Source of the DNA: Camelus dromedarius
Taxonomy: Eukaryota
Length of the DNA stretch: 64,000 nucleotides
Assembly: GCF_036321535.1 (NCBI RefSeq)
Contig: NC_087436.1
Span: 28,832,001 to 28,896,000, forward strand
Direction: 5' to 3'
Part shown: positions 39,301 through 52,604 of the stretch, piece after piece
Position numbering within the stretch: the first letter of the stretch is position 1
Layout: each line of letters begins with the position of its first letter
The notes under the pieces: model-generated
The model's database searches: none
What the model was told of the DNA's origin: nothing
What the model saw: only the letters and a program-made list of their open reading frames with translations
Made by a program: the position numbers and the translations under genes

Positions 39301-40399
39301 TACATGGGTGCCTCACTTCTGTTGCTGCATGTGTATGAATCCCCTGCATGATGTAAATAATGCATATGGCCTGTGCATTTTCAGATTTCATAATTATTTC
39401 TGGAAAATACTCTCTATCACAGCATGAATGATCATATAATTGTTATAGTTGCATACTTTAAGCATCTGAGAACATTTGCTTTTTTTTCTGAAAGCAGAAT
39501 CACTAAGGAGTAACTGGCTGTCATTATTTAAGTGTTTATTTATTAAACTTTTAAACATTTAAAGCATGACATATAACAAAATTTCACCTTTAAAAAACAT
39601 TTTCCCTCAAACTTTTAAACTTATTATCCACCAATTTTAAAACACAGTAACAATGTACACTTAAGATAATAGTAAAATACTATTAAATATAGGCCACATA
39701 TCACTGGTTATGATTAGGTTTGATGGAATGATTGATTCTGATCATTTTTCTAAATTAAAAACTGAAACATGTAATCTAAGATGAATAAATATAATTCAAA
39801 TTTAATTTTCCTGTCACTGAATTACATTTCAAACCTTGCCAATAGTGTAAAATCACAGTTATATAATGAAGCTTCCAGACAGACATTGACTATATTAAAA
39901 ATATATTTTATGTTTAGATCACTTCTTTAGCAATGAGAACCCCAATGTAAGTAGGTAACTCTTACTATTGCTAAGAAATGAAAATTTGTATCACAACACA
40001 GCAAATGATTACTCAAGCTGTTTACTCCTTGAGCTATTACTAGTGACACGTATTCTGTATTTTCTTATGAAAGTGTGCTTATTTGTATGGTATATTGGAA
40101 TAATTTGATAACAATTATGGATTTGTTATAAAGTAAGCTTGTCCTGAAACATTATTATGAAAGTATAATAATAACAGAAGAATCTAGTAGATCCTGTTGT
40201 AGAATACTCTAACCAAAGGAAAACCTCCTGGGTATAATACAAAGTCAAAACATGATATAATAATAAGTATATGTACAGTATAGTCTTGCACACTCCGAGG
40301 ATGAGTCATGTTTCTCTGGTACTGAGAAGTCTGTGTCTGCTTTTGAGTATGATATCCATTTGTGCTTAGAGAAGCAGTAGGTGGCAATTGTGGGGACAT

Positions 40400-40545
40400 T
40401 ATATGTCCTTCTTTCCAAACTGGGGGGGGAATGAGTTATGATACTGGAGAGACATGCTCGAGGTCACAGAACTAATAAGCAGTGAAGCTGGGGTAGAACA
40501 TAGGCCACCAGACACCTGTAAAAAGTCTCCTTCCACCAAAGACGG
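40400..40545 (-). mobile_element. MIR fragment
   Basis: GACATGCTCGAGGTCACAGAACTAATAAGCAGTGAAGCTGGGGTAGAAC. Confidence 0.55.
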
Positions 40546-42949
40546 CTGCCATCACAATATACATACACAGCAAACCGCTAGAGCTGATGAAATGGAATGT
40601 TCATTTACTTAGACATTCACCACTGACAACCACCTTGTGAATCGCCCATGTGAGGAGCTGATTTCTGGTTAAAGCAAACATTTATTGTAGGGAGACACAG
40701 AGCAAAGCTTAAGTTATTACATCTCTAAATGAAGCTCGACAAAACTCAGAATGCCAGTTTGAGAAGCGTCAGTACCTACAGGGCAGCCACGTAAACAGGT
40801 GTACAGACACAACATTCACTTGTTAAACAAAAGGTTAAAAAGATGAAGGATGTGTTTTCCTCTTTGATGAAATGAATACATTAAAAAGGTTTATTACTTG
40901 AATAAAGAAATTGCCAGAAATGGACCCTAAGTGGAAGAAAAAAAGGAAACAGGTGTAGAAATAATCAGATAGACCAAGACATTAACTGTGTGCAGAAATA
41001 TATTCAACTCCTGTACTTCACATCCAGTGTTTCAAAGATCTCTGTTCCCCTTACTTTTGTGCCCTCTTTTGCTGCCTTTAAGAATTATATAACATTCCTT
41101 TCTTACTCTTTGCTTTTCTGTTTTCTCTTGTTACCAAAGATACCTCAGTTTTCCTTTGCATTTTTCCCTAGTCTCTCCTGGTCTTGCATCTTGTGCTCAT
41201 ATACCTCCTTCTGCTACTAAACACCCTCCTTAAACTGTAAAGGAGAGAACGAGAGAGCCTGCGAGAACTGATCCAAGTTATGCCACATACAACTAGGAAA
41301 TTCTAATATCACCATATTCAGACTCATGCTGAAACAAAAAGCATGAGTAATAAATGACGAGACAAGGTGGTTCTATCCCCAACAGGAAAATTCTCAAGTT
41401 AGAAAAATAGTCATAAAACTGAGCAGCCTCATAGACAGTAGATTTATGCTTTATAGCTGTTAAAGCCCCACACTTAACCAGCCAGTGGGGCAGAATCATT
41501 CCCATGGATCATAAATCGCCAGCACTTCTACAGTACTCAGTGTTCACCTTCATGTTACTACTAAGACAAATACATACTACCTTGAAGTCTAAGGAAATTT
41601 GCATCATGTGGTAGAATTATATGAATTGCCAACCCAGTTCTCTGGAGTGCCTGCAGATTGTCATAAAACAACAAAAGCAATACTGTATTATGGAAGTGCT
41701 GCTCACAGCACTACTCTTGATGGTGAGCCAAAGTACTGGAGAGCTTTAGAGTTTAGTTAGAGCTTTAGAGTTAGGTCATAAAAGCACATTTGAGCAAGAT
41801 ACAGCTATTTGAAAAGCTTGTGTTCATTTTTCTACGGACCAAATGAAGCATAAAATCTGTGGAAATAACATCAAACACAATGTTTTCCACCTAGTTCTCA
41901 GCAATTTCTAGTAGCCAGGCCCACAGAAAATCACGAGCACTATAAGAGACAATTGACTTTAGAAAATAAATTACTACCTCATCTTTTATCAAGAGAAAAA
42001 AAAATAGAATTAACCCTTTTATAGATATCAGCAACCAAAAATATGCATGGTAACATACTTAAAGTGAAAAACGTAAGATAAGCCTCATTTGTAGTTTTCT
42101 ATTAACATTTGTTCAAGGATCTGTCTTATGGTAATGAGTTACTACCCGCATGTCCCCATGAGAACCCACTGTACAATTAATAAGGTTCCACAATTTACAA
42201 ATGAAGATACTAACATTTTTGTTCTTAACACATGTAAGTAAATCATTTTACATGGTATGAAATAAATTTTATGGTATGAAATAAATTAAAATTATCAATG
42301 ATTGTTTACAAATACTGCTAGTTAATGGAGAATACATGTTCAACGGAGTTAGAAACATCAAGTTCCTGTTAAAAATACTGAGAAATAGGAAAGAATATTG
42401 ACCCTTAAGAGTTAAAGTGGACATAGATACCTCATAAAATTTTAATATTCAGAAGGAATTAAACAGAAAACAAATATATTGACTATCTCTAAGGTTGAGG
42501 GGAAACTCTCATTTGTCATATATTCTTTATATTTTGGATCATTTGAAAACAGATGATTGATTGATTGACTTGGTTTAGAAAACTTTCTTCCCCATGAAGC
42601 TTCAGAAAATTTCCAAACTTGGATGGTCTCTAAAAAGTGGGAATGAGACGCAGGACAGTATTCACAGTAATCAGAACTGGGCCAGGTATCCCACCCCGCC
42701 GTCATTATCGCAAACTCAGAACAGCCGAAGTGCTGGAAAGCAAAAACAGATGCTGCATTCGAAAAAGTTGCCAGAGTTTAGCTAAGGCTCCTGGTGGAAA
42801 TGTTAGGGTAAGTTAAAACCTTTCTGATCGTAGTATATGTATTGGGTTATAAGAGATTGTGCACTAAAGTGAATCCTGCCTGTAAACACTGCTCACGTAC
42901 ATACTGAGCCCTCACAGCCGGCCAGCCCACTGAGAGGAGCCTGACAAAG

Positions 42950-43715
42950 AAATAGGCATACTCAAAGGAGAGGAAATCCCTTCCAAATAGCTGTATTAGC
43001 CAATCTTCTCATTCATTCACAAATGTAAGCCAATAACCAAGTATTGCCAAACAACTGAAGAAAGAAGAAAACAAAAATGAACCACGGAGAAGACAACGAT
43101 ATTCAGGGAACAAGAAGAGTGAAAGGGAAGAGAATTCGACTCAGTATTTCCAGATTGATTAGAGGAACGATTTGCATCTAAAAACACAAGAAAGTACAGC
43201 TACCAAAAAATGAATACTCAAGTTCATGGTAATTAAAATGTAATGACAGAAAAAGTAATAAAAATGTAACACTGAAGAAACCTTCCAGAACATAAAGCCA
43301 AAAGACAAAGCTATAAAAAGAATGAGAGAAAAGGTAAGAGAAGGCAGTATAAATCCAAAAGGTAAAATTTTGCTCTACTGGGAAGTAAAGAAATAGAAAG
43401 AGAAGGAAATAAAGAATGGAAGAAGTACCCACAGGTGTAATGAAAGAAAAAGCCGCGTGTCGGAAAATAAAAGGATTTTGAAGTGAGGCAGCTTCTAATT
43501 GCCAAGCAGCAAAAAAAAAAAAAAAAGAAAGAAAAGAAAAGAAAAAAAGCAAAGCAGCAAAAAACATATCTAAATAAAATTCTTTTTAGAACAAGCTGGC
43601 CACAGAACTCTGAGAAATAAAAAATAAACAATGGGTACATGATAACACAGGGTATGATGACATTTGTGACAGATGGAAGGAAAATGCTTCTTGTATCAGC
43701 AAAAAAGGCGGAAAA
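42950..43715 (+). mobile_element. Old L1ME/HAL1-like ORF1 remnant
   Basis: Extremely purine-rich + strand with ORF1-like segments (GAAGAAACCTTCCAGAACATAAAGCCAAAAGACAAAG...AATGAGAGAAAAGGTAAGAGAA). This explains the Phe/Leu-rich antisense ORFs. Confidence 0.55.
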
Positions 43716-43719
43716 AGAT

Positions 43720-44400
43720 TTGTTCAACAAATAATATTTGAATGCCTGCTATGAGTTAGGCATCATTCTAAGTGCTAAAGCTATATCTTGCATAAAAGAG
43801 AAACAACAGAATTTACCTGATCAATCTTGGAGCAGGAAGGAGGCTATGTGACTGGAGACCAATTGTAGGTAAAGAGTTTAGTTTCACTTGCTCACAGATG
43901 CCGCGTGTAGCAGTCTTATCCCGGGCCCTTCAGATCAGACTTCCTAGTGCAAAACGGATGCACCGGACGCACCAACACCTCAACTCGGGGACCTTGTGCA
44001 GAAGTGCTATGCACAGCACCTCACTTCAAGGTGGTGGCGACGGCGGGCTGAGAGCAGTGACACTGCGCATGTCAGCACAATCCAGAGCGGGAGCAGCACA
44101 GCTGCATGGGTCTCGCGAGAACTCCGCCTCCTCCCGCGGACAAGATCCCAGTGAAGCAACTCAGGCCGGGGCCAGTCACGGAGAGCAGGTAGGCTGGAGC
44201 TCGAGCTCACACCTCTCCTTTCTCTGATCAGAGAGTAAAACTTCCCTTTGCTTCTGAACAGAAAAAAGAAAAAGGTGAACATTTTCTTCATGATACTTGT
44301 ATTCTAAGTGAAGGAAAATAAATAACTAACAAAAAACTAATTTAAGGTGATAAACGCTATCAAGAAATCTGTGTAAGAGGAGGATAAGGACTGATGAGGG
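43720..44400 (-). mobile_element. L2 3' end split by a GC-rich insertion (L2 at ~43720-43803 and ~44264-44400)
   Basis: TTGTTCAACAAATAATATTTGAATGCCTGCTATGAGTTAGGCATCATTCTAAGTGCT lies on the left. TTCATGATACTTGTATTCTAAGTGAAGG...AACTAACAAA on the right continues the L2 consensus order. Confidence 0.6.
43895..44210. promoter_or_regulatory. Small CpG-rich, promoter-like block
   Basis: About 20 CpGs in ~310 bp (manual count) against a CpG-poor background. Perfect TCTCGCGAGA (BANP/'ZBTB33' motif) at 44111-44120, GC box CTCCGCCTCCTCCC at 44122-44135, NRF1-like TGCGCATG at 44064-44071. Confidence 0.6.
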
Positions 44401-44779
44401 TACACCGTAGGGAGTTTGTAGTTTCAGAACTGGAGAACTTAGGGGAAAAAAATCTGCAGACCTAAGTCTGTTCCACTAGGGAAAAAAGGGAAAATTTGGC
44501 AGGATATTGGATCATTAGGGGTCCCAAGTTTATATCCCACTAATAAATGTGCTTTGTTCTCCATATGTAGCAGAAAGACATAGAAATAATTTCAAGAAAA
44601 ACATGCTTTTAATGGTGGTAGTGAAATTGCTATGTGGCATTGGAAAACCAGAGTCTCTTTATCTATAAAGGAAGATTTGGATTTTCCTATCTCGAAATAT
44701 CATCTATCCAAAAAATTCTGTGATATTGCACCCAAAAGTGCACATAAAATACATTTAAGATATGGTTAGCTATATAGAA

Positions 44780-45115
44780 GCATAGTCATTAAAGCACCAT
44801 TTGCAATTACAGAAAATTTGAAACAGTACACAGTTCCATGAATAGTGGATTGTTTCAAGAATGTTATTTCTTGTTAATAATGTATGTAATCAGTCGTAAA
44901 AAGAATGAGAAGCATATCACAGTATATTATTCACTAAAACAAATATCAAGTTAAAATGTAATATAATGCCATCTTCTACTGGAGATACACAAAACACTGT
45001 TAGTCGTGGTAAAAGAGAAGGTTATATATTGTGTAGGTCTTACATAGCTTCGTAATTTTTCTTTACTATGTGCAATTGTTAGTCTTAAGACTTTCTTTAC
45101 AACTAATTAAAAATA
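44780..45115 (+). mobile_element. Old L1 (L1ME-like) 3' UTR fragment
   Basis: AAGCACCATTTGCAATTACAGAAAATTTGAAACAG...TCCATGAATAGTGGATTG. Confidence 0.45.
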
Positions 45116-47119
45116 AATGAAATTATATGTACAGAAATAAAAGGCATCCAAAACACCTTAAATTTTAAAAACGTTTTCATAAAAATATGAGACTATGATT
45201 TCAATTGTAGGAAATCACAAAAGAGTACTGGATAGCTTATAAATATATAATTAAAAATATACTTTAAGGCATATGAAAATATAAGTAGCATACATACAAA
45301 ACTGTTATTTGTGAAGTTCTTTGAGGAGAACTTTAGAATCAGGGCTGCAGGAAGAAGAAAAACATATGAAAAATAACTAGCCATCCATTCATTTCTGGGT
45401 TTTTTTCATTATTATTTAAAAATAATATATTTATTCTACAAAATAAAAGTAAATGGAGAATATATGTATGTTTATAGCTGTATAAACAACTGGAATAAAT
45501 ATATACATGACTTTTTTTAAGAGAATTCAACTCTGCATTAGAAGTTAAGCAAATTGGAATTTTACTGGTTAATTATAATGTTTGTATTACATCTGTTTAC
45601 AAGGGGGATGTATTGTTTTATAACATTTTAATACAGATACCTATGGGCAGTATAAATATAGTTAGCCATTTACAAGTGTTACGCAGAAATGTTCAGATAC
45701 TAAACTTTGATTAGATAAAAGCAGTATTTATCAGTGATGATTTGGGAAATTTTCACCTATTTGTGAAAGTGAACGTTCTCCCTGCAATGTATAGCACTAT
45801 AGATTATTTAACTGATGAATGCTTAATTTTTTTATTAATCTTAGAACTGGTCTGTTCAGCCTACAATGTCATCTTTAAAATATATGGACAGATGGTGGGA
45901 ATCAATTTAAATGGGTTTTTTTTTAAATGAAACAGACATGCAAAAATATGCAAGATAGAAAAAGGTATTGAGTCCATTAGTTCCCAAAACTAAAGCCACA
46001 TATTGAGAAAGTCAGTCAGCTCCCCAGCAGTGTGGCCTGCTACCCTCTGAACACTAACTGATAGCAAAATACATTTTTGTGACATTTGGATCACTGTATC
46101 TTAGACTCTTTAGAGTATATTAGCCTGCGCTGTAGCTAATAAATCCCTAAACAAAGGCATACTTGTCAGTTTTATCCAAAAAGAGGAGAGAAATAGGATA
46201 TTCCTTAATCTTAGTCCTATATTTGGGTAATTCAGAAATAAAGGGTCATTTTATACAAAGATTTTAACCCTCATCCTTAGGAGCATTGTCCACACCAACT
46301 GATCAGTTCAATTTCTCCTTGTTTCTTTGGTCTCCAAGAAATTCTTTAGAAACTTTTGTCCCAATTTAATGCAATTCAGCAAACATTTAATTCGATCTAA
46401 TTGCTTTTGAAATCCAGAAATCACAACCCTGACATAATAAACTTGAAAAATTAGCTACTGGTCATGCATGGGCTCCAAAAAAATGCATATTTTCTCAGTT
46501 TCTTTAATAATGATATTTTAAAGTAGTACAATGTATTAATCTTTTATACAAAATTCAGTGAATTTTCTTGTTCATTTTCATGACAAATATGACACTGGCC
46601 AAAATAATAAAATTTTATTAATCTAAAGTTGTTCATGATGTAGACATATCCAAAGAAATCATTTTATGGTAGAAATAGAAATCTCTGAATTGGTTGGGTA
46701 ATAGCCATAAAATTTTCCATTTAAAAATATTTAGCTGCTGATTAATGTGCCATGCCATATGCCAAGTTTCATTTTGTATTTTCTAACTTGTATTTCTGAG
46801 CAAAAATTGAATGAGGAAATTGTCTAATTTAAATTTTCACTAGTATTTTTTGCTGTGTAAAATTCAGACCAAATATCTATAGACATGCCCTAGAAAAACT
46901 TGTAAGCTAATTTAGAGTCTTTAATTTAGAGTAATTTGCAAATGCAAGCTAAAATAGAGTCTATGTCATCCAAACCATTAGTGACACCTGATGATCAATC
47001 GACTAAGACTATCCAAGGAGTGGCACATCTTCACACACTTGCCGCCGAGGTGATAGGTGTTAAAAGCTGAGAATATCCTAGGCTTCAGGAAGCCATTTCT
47101 ACATGGTCCACAGGCACAG

Positions 47120-47828
47120 TTGCTTCCAGCCTTGGACCTGTCAGCTACCATTTGTCTCCTACCTGGACTAGTCAACAGCCATCTAACTGATCTCTTCAGT
47201 TTTGCCCCCTTAAAGCTATAACAGCATCTCCACCTACCAGTGGAAACAATTCTTTTAAAGCAGAATGTAATCTTTTTAAAGCATAAAACCAAAATCTTTC
47301 TAAGTCTTCTCATTACGACTCAAATGAAATCCTAACTCTTGTAGGACTGTACAAAAGTTCCCACTTGACAAGACGCAGCCCATCATTTCTGACTTTATCC
47401 CATTCTCTGACACCCTGCCTGCTCTGCCCGGAGTTTCTCGTTCTCTCAAACATGCCAACCTCATTCGTTTTCCAGAGCTTCTCATACTTGCTGATCTAAT
47501 CCACTCTAGATTCCACTCTAGATGCCATTCTAGGATGGCAACCCTCCTCCCATATTTTTTTTAACTCAAATGTCATTCACAATATTGACCATCTTCTATA
47601 ATCTCAGTCACACCCAACCAAACACCATCATTCTCTATCACATTATGATTTTCATCTTCTAATTTAATACTTGTATTACTTGAAATCATCTAATTTTTTT
47701 TTCTGTGTTGATTCCCAGTCTGTTCCCCTATGGAAGAGGTCTCCCTTGTTACCATTGTGTCACTAGTGCATAATTTATTGACTGGAAGAAAGTAGGCACT
47801 TAAATATTTGTGAGCTGGCTGATGAATG
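47120..47828 (+). mobile_element. L2 3' region
   Basis: CTCCTACCTGGACTAGTCAACAGCCATCTAACTGATCTC...AGTAGGCACTTAAATATTTGTGAGCTGGCTGATGAATG (L2 terminus). Confidence 0.75.
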
Positions 47829-49228
47829 TCGTCTCTGATTTCACTATATTTTCATCCGGAACTCCTGTTGGATCAATAAATATTGGAACTGCTGGATATT
47901 TCCACTATTCCTCTTAATTTGTCATTTCTACCTCTTATCTGTTTGTCCTTTAATTCTTTGTCCTAGGAAAATAACTTGACTCTATCTTTCAGCTCATAAA
48001 TTTGACCTTAATTAGAGTCTCTTTTTCTTCTTAACTTAGATATATACATACATACATATATATATATATGGGTAAGAGGATTATATTTTAGCTTTAAAAG
48101 AACAGAGATGATTTTTTTCAGAGTATTCATCTCTGTTTAATAGATAGATGCCATTTCCACTACTTATAGTCATATTTTTTTACATTACTATTAAAATCTT
48201 ACCTGTTTGCTTTATTAGTCCTATTTTTTTGGATACCAGCTTCTGCTGTTGCATTTAGTGTCTCTAAAATATTTGCTGATTCTATTTTTTAGCTCTATTG
48301 GTTTGTTTGAATTTTTATTATAACTATTATTAATTTACTTAAATAAAGTTGTTTTAAATATATCAATAACAGTTTAGAAATGTAAAATTCAGTCATATTT
48401 TGAGGAAGAGCTTTACATTTTTTAGTAGGATATTGTGTAAATAACTTCTCTATCACATGGAGAGAGGAGATATAGAAGAGAGTTGTAACAAATATTCAGC
48501 TTAAAATGGTTTGTAACTGTCCTAATTATGTCAAATATTATTAATCAAATGCTGTCTATATGAAGGCTGTAGAGTTTGATGTTTCAGAAAAAAATTTCAG
48601 CAACACAGATTATCTGATCTATCCATTATGTTTCTGCCCATGAAATTAGCAGATATAAAAGTGAATTTTTTGTTTATGATGTACTCTAGTCCAAGAACAA
48701 TGCACAGCAAAAAAAAAAATTAACTTGTCATGTTCTTCTATTATTTTACTTTACACCTCATTTGTTTCTGTTACATAGCCTTGCACTTCATTATTACTCA
48801 TTGTTACTAACAGGCACATTCGATTTGGTTCCAGTAGAAGTTCTCATCATCTATTAAACTATGAAACTAATGACTATAACATGTAGCAGTTTCAATTACA
48901 TGTATTGATTCTAAAGTGTCTATCTCCTTGTTCCTTAAAAATAATCTAGTTAACTCTCCTTATAATTTATTGATGAGTTAATCAAGTTAATCTTGCGAAA
49001 GGAAATCTCTTAAAGTCTACAGGTGGTATGTTTAATATCGTTCATGTTACTTCGTACTTGACAGGCACATAGCATTTTTCACATTCAAAATACGGTTCAG
49101 CTTTAAATCCTTCTCCTGATATTCAGAGTTCTCTTAACAGTGAGTAATAAAACATTAGCTGAATATCCTATTAAATCTTTTTACTTTTTGTGTGACTATA
49201 TGATAACAGATTAAAGGATATTATCAAT

Positions 49229-49229
49229 T

Positions 49230-49265
<36 letters not shown>
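49229..49265. repeat. Compound (TC)n(AC)n microsatellite
   Basis: Seen directly. Confidence 0.9.
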
Positions 49266-49489
49266 CCCCCAAGCTGTAGGTATGAAGGTGTAGTTTTTGT
49301 TACTTTTCTATTCCGAAATCTATCTCTTCTAACCCTCTGGATATTACAGGAGAAACTCCTGTTCAGTCCTGCTAGATCATAATTTGTTGGTCATACACCT
49401 GAAAAAGCAGTTTGGTTTTACTTAATTTATCTGTCTATCTATCTATCTATTCACCTATTAGGTAAATTTTATAACAAATCAGTCATTAC

Positions 49490-50152
49490 TAAGTGAATTG
49501 ATGGCCTGAAAGCTCATAACCAAATCTGTGGTCCACCTAAAGCAAGTAAGCATCTTCATATCAATCACAGTGAAACTGTGTCCCTGTTTAAATTAGATTT
49601 ACTGGATACTCCCACATCGGAGCATTGTCAGCTGCCAAACTTTGCATCATCTGACCTGTTTAACTTCTTCAACTTCATCTCATGTCATTCTTCCTGTTTA
49701 TCTTAGTGTGTAAGTGCAGTCTCACTGACCTGGCTCTTTTTTATAAGATCTTTCTCTTTTTCTGCCTCCCCTCTCCTGCCACACTCAGAACTTTCATATA
49801 TCCTCTTCCCTGCTAATGCCTCTGGCCAACCATTCCACCAAAGCTTTGTTTTATATTAAATGTTACTTCTTTGAAAATGCCTTTCCTGACTCCATATAAA
49901 ATTAGGTCTGCTATTGAAATGTCTTACAACATCCTAAGTTTTGTTTCATAACAGATAATTCATAACCTTTGTAATTATGCCTTTTTAAAGGTCAGTTGTC
50001 TTTTTTTCTTTCTTTTTTTTTTTTTTTTTTTCATTAAAAAGCTCCTTGCTGTCAGAGGGCATGGACGTTTGATTAAATCATTGACTCTATAGTGCCGCAC
50101 ACAGATCTTAGGTCGTATAGACACAATAATTATTTGATTATAGATGAACAAA
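49490..50152 (+). mobile_element. L2 3' region with an internal T-tract
   Basis: AAATGTTACTTCTTTGAAAATGCCTTTCCTGAC...CACAATAATTATTTGATTATAGATGAACAAA. Confidence 0.6.
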
Positions 50153-50504
50153 TTTTTTCTGAAGTTCTAAATAAGATAAGGATAATATATAAATATAAAT
50201 ACTTTAAGGAGGAATGTCTACAGGAGTTTATAGTTATAGACATATCATATTTTGAATATGTATCATATTTTACAAGACTTTCCATTTACTCTGAGTAAAT
50301 ATTCCGGTAATTCTGATACTGACTCTGTGCCTCTGATGCTTCATACATTTATTTCAGAATTTGAGAAGGATTCCTTTTATGAACAAGGTAATATTGTGCT
50401 TTTTATTGTTGAATCTAAATGCATTTAGGCAGTTGACTCTGAACTGAGCAGAATACAAATTGAAAAAATTGTGTTTCATTGTTTCAAGTTTTCCTTATAT
50501 GGGA

Positions 50505-50610
50505 ACTTTTATTGAGGTAACATTGGTTTATAACATTATGTATCTACTTCTGTATACACCATGGAGTGCTTATCACCAAAACTTTAGTTTCTGTTCGTCA
50601 CTATACAGAG
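50505..50610 (-). mobile_element. Short L1 3' end
   Basis: TTTTATTGAGGTAACATTGGTTTATAACATTATG...TTAGTTTCTGTTCGTCACTATACA. Confidence 0.55.
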
Positions 50611-52604
50611 ATACATTTTTAAACATCATTTTAAATGGTGTCCATTGAATAAACTGGTAAGCAGAAAATGGAAAACTTTTTTTCATAAGAAGTATTTGTT
50701 TTTCCCAACAATTTTGTAATGAGAATAAAAATCCCTGGATTTTTACATGTGTATTAATTATAATCTTGACTGGTCCTTTATTTGCTGATTACAAGTGGGA
50801 TGTAACATTAATTTCTACTATTCATGGAAATTTATTAAAGTTAAAGGTAATGGTGAGACTCTTTGCAGTCAATAGACAATGTCCCCTTATGTCCATTGTT
50901 TTATTGTCTAACTTGGAAAATCCAAATATGTACAGTCCATAGAATTAACCTTGTATTAATATTACCTAAATTGTTTAATAATTAGTAACTAACAATAAGT
51001 CAAATTTATCAAAAACCCCTGATTCCATAGCTGGCCAATAGGTAAGTAATTTAAAATAAATTTCTCCATTCTGGGCATGTAAAAAAATGGGCTGTTCAAA
51101 CACTGTAGTGGAAAAGCAACAGATAGGGAACCTCCAAATCTGTCACATTAACACAGTTACTTGAATAACTGCATCTCAAATTCTGATTAAAAATAGTCAT
51201 TATGCATTCTTAGCACTGCCCATGTCATACTGTATAATCACTGTACGTGATCACTAAGTCTGAGATACTTTATATGTAAAAATAAAATTTAATTTCAAAT
51301 TTAAAAATATAACCCAGATAAGATTTTTAAATTTACATCTACATTCTGAAGAGAATGTAGAAAATATATAGAAGAAATATTAAATCTTCCTGAGAATAAG
51401 TAACTTCTTTGATAACTCCCCACAATGTTTCGGGTTCAGCAGGCATTCCATAAACATAGTTGGTGGTAATCAGTTATTTATTTCTTGACTTCAGTGTGTA
51501 ATGTGTTCATAATTCTTTGCAATGCAGCAGAACTGCAGATCATTTAAAATCTGCTGCTCAGATTAGATTTGTTTTTCAGATCATTTTTGAACCAACCAGT
51601 ATTCTAGTATAAAACTGCAGTTTCAATATTTGTTTAATTGTGTGTGCTAATTAGAGATTACAAATAATTCTTATCCTCAATTTTTAAAAATCTGTGTTCA
51701 GAGTACTAAAGGAACACAAGTGTTTAGATTTTCATGAAATTATTTGGAAATTGTTGCTATATATGCATAAAATGAATATTCAAGGATTATCTTAAGTGTA
51801 TTACATAAAACAATAGAATACGAATTCTTTATCAAGATAGTAAATGTTTTATGTATAATGAAACAGCTGTATAGCAATAAAGTGAACTTTCTTCTTTTAG
51901 TTTTTCAGCATATGTTGAATTTTTTATAAAAATGTAAAGAATTTTGGGGGTAATTTTGTCCAAAAATATGCATAAAATCTCTAAGGAAAAAAGTTATTTA
52001 ATTAGTAGTTGATAAGATTTTTACTTTTATTTTTCTAGGAAATATTCATATTAAAATAAGCAGTTTAGTTTATTATATGAAATGAGTTATCTAATAATTA
52101 TGTATAGTAACACTGTTTTTACACTTGTTTATTTAATTTGCATTTTGGCCACAATTTCTTAGGTATTTGTTTTTAATTACATGTATTTATTCTTACCGAA
52201 TTCTGACAGGTATAAGACACTGGTGAGTCAACTTATTTTCACATTGCATACCTACAAGAAATAATATATAACCCTTAACCAATGGATTATAAGGATTAAA
52301 TAATTAAAAATACTAGTTACACTAATGTATAACAGAATAAGGTTGAGTTCACCATGTTTAAAAAAATGTGGCAGTCCATAGTTTTGTGACAGCACCTTTT
52401 TAATTCAGAGTTAAACACATTGGCTAAAAAATTTTTGTGCTCAAATTTTGCATGAATAACAAGATACTATCAAAATTGAAGTCCCTATAATATTCTGAAT
52501 TATTACTGACTTACACTCTTAGAAAGATCACCCCTACTTAAATGATTCACAGTATTATTTGATATATTTCAATTTTCAGGCATCTTTGAGCCATTTCTCA
52601 TCTT

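Noticed and set aside
42250..42290. Short tandem duplications (here ATGGTATGAAATAAATT x2; others near 36710, 41740, 47500)
   Set aside because: Two-copy slippage products with no array or repeat-spacer structure. Not CRISPR-like and unlikely to be functional.
43178..43730. 129-aa and 139-aa hydrophobic minus-strand ORFs
   Set aside because: They are antisense to an A-rich L1/HAL1 remnant, and the Phe/Leu richness is compositional.
43898..44227. 109-aa ATG-initiated ORF (MPRVAVLSRALQ...) in the GC-rich block
   Set aside because: It resembles no protein I recognise, and GC-rich DNA yields stop-poor frames on both strands. Not supported as a CDS.
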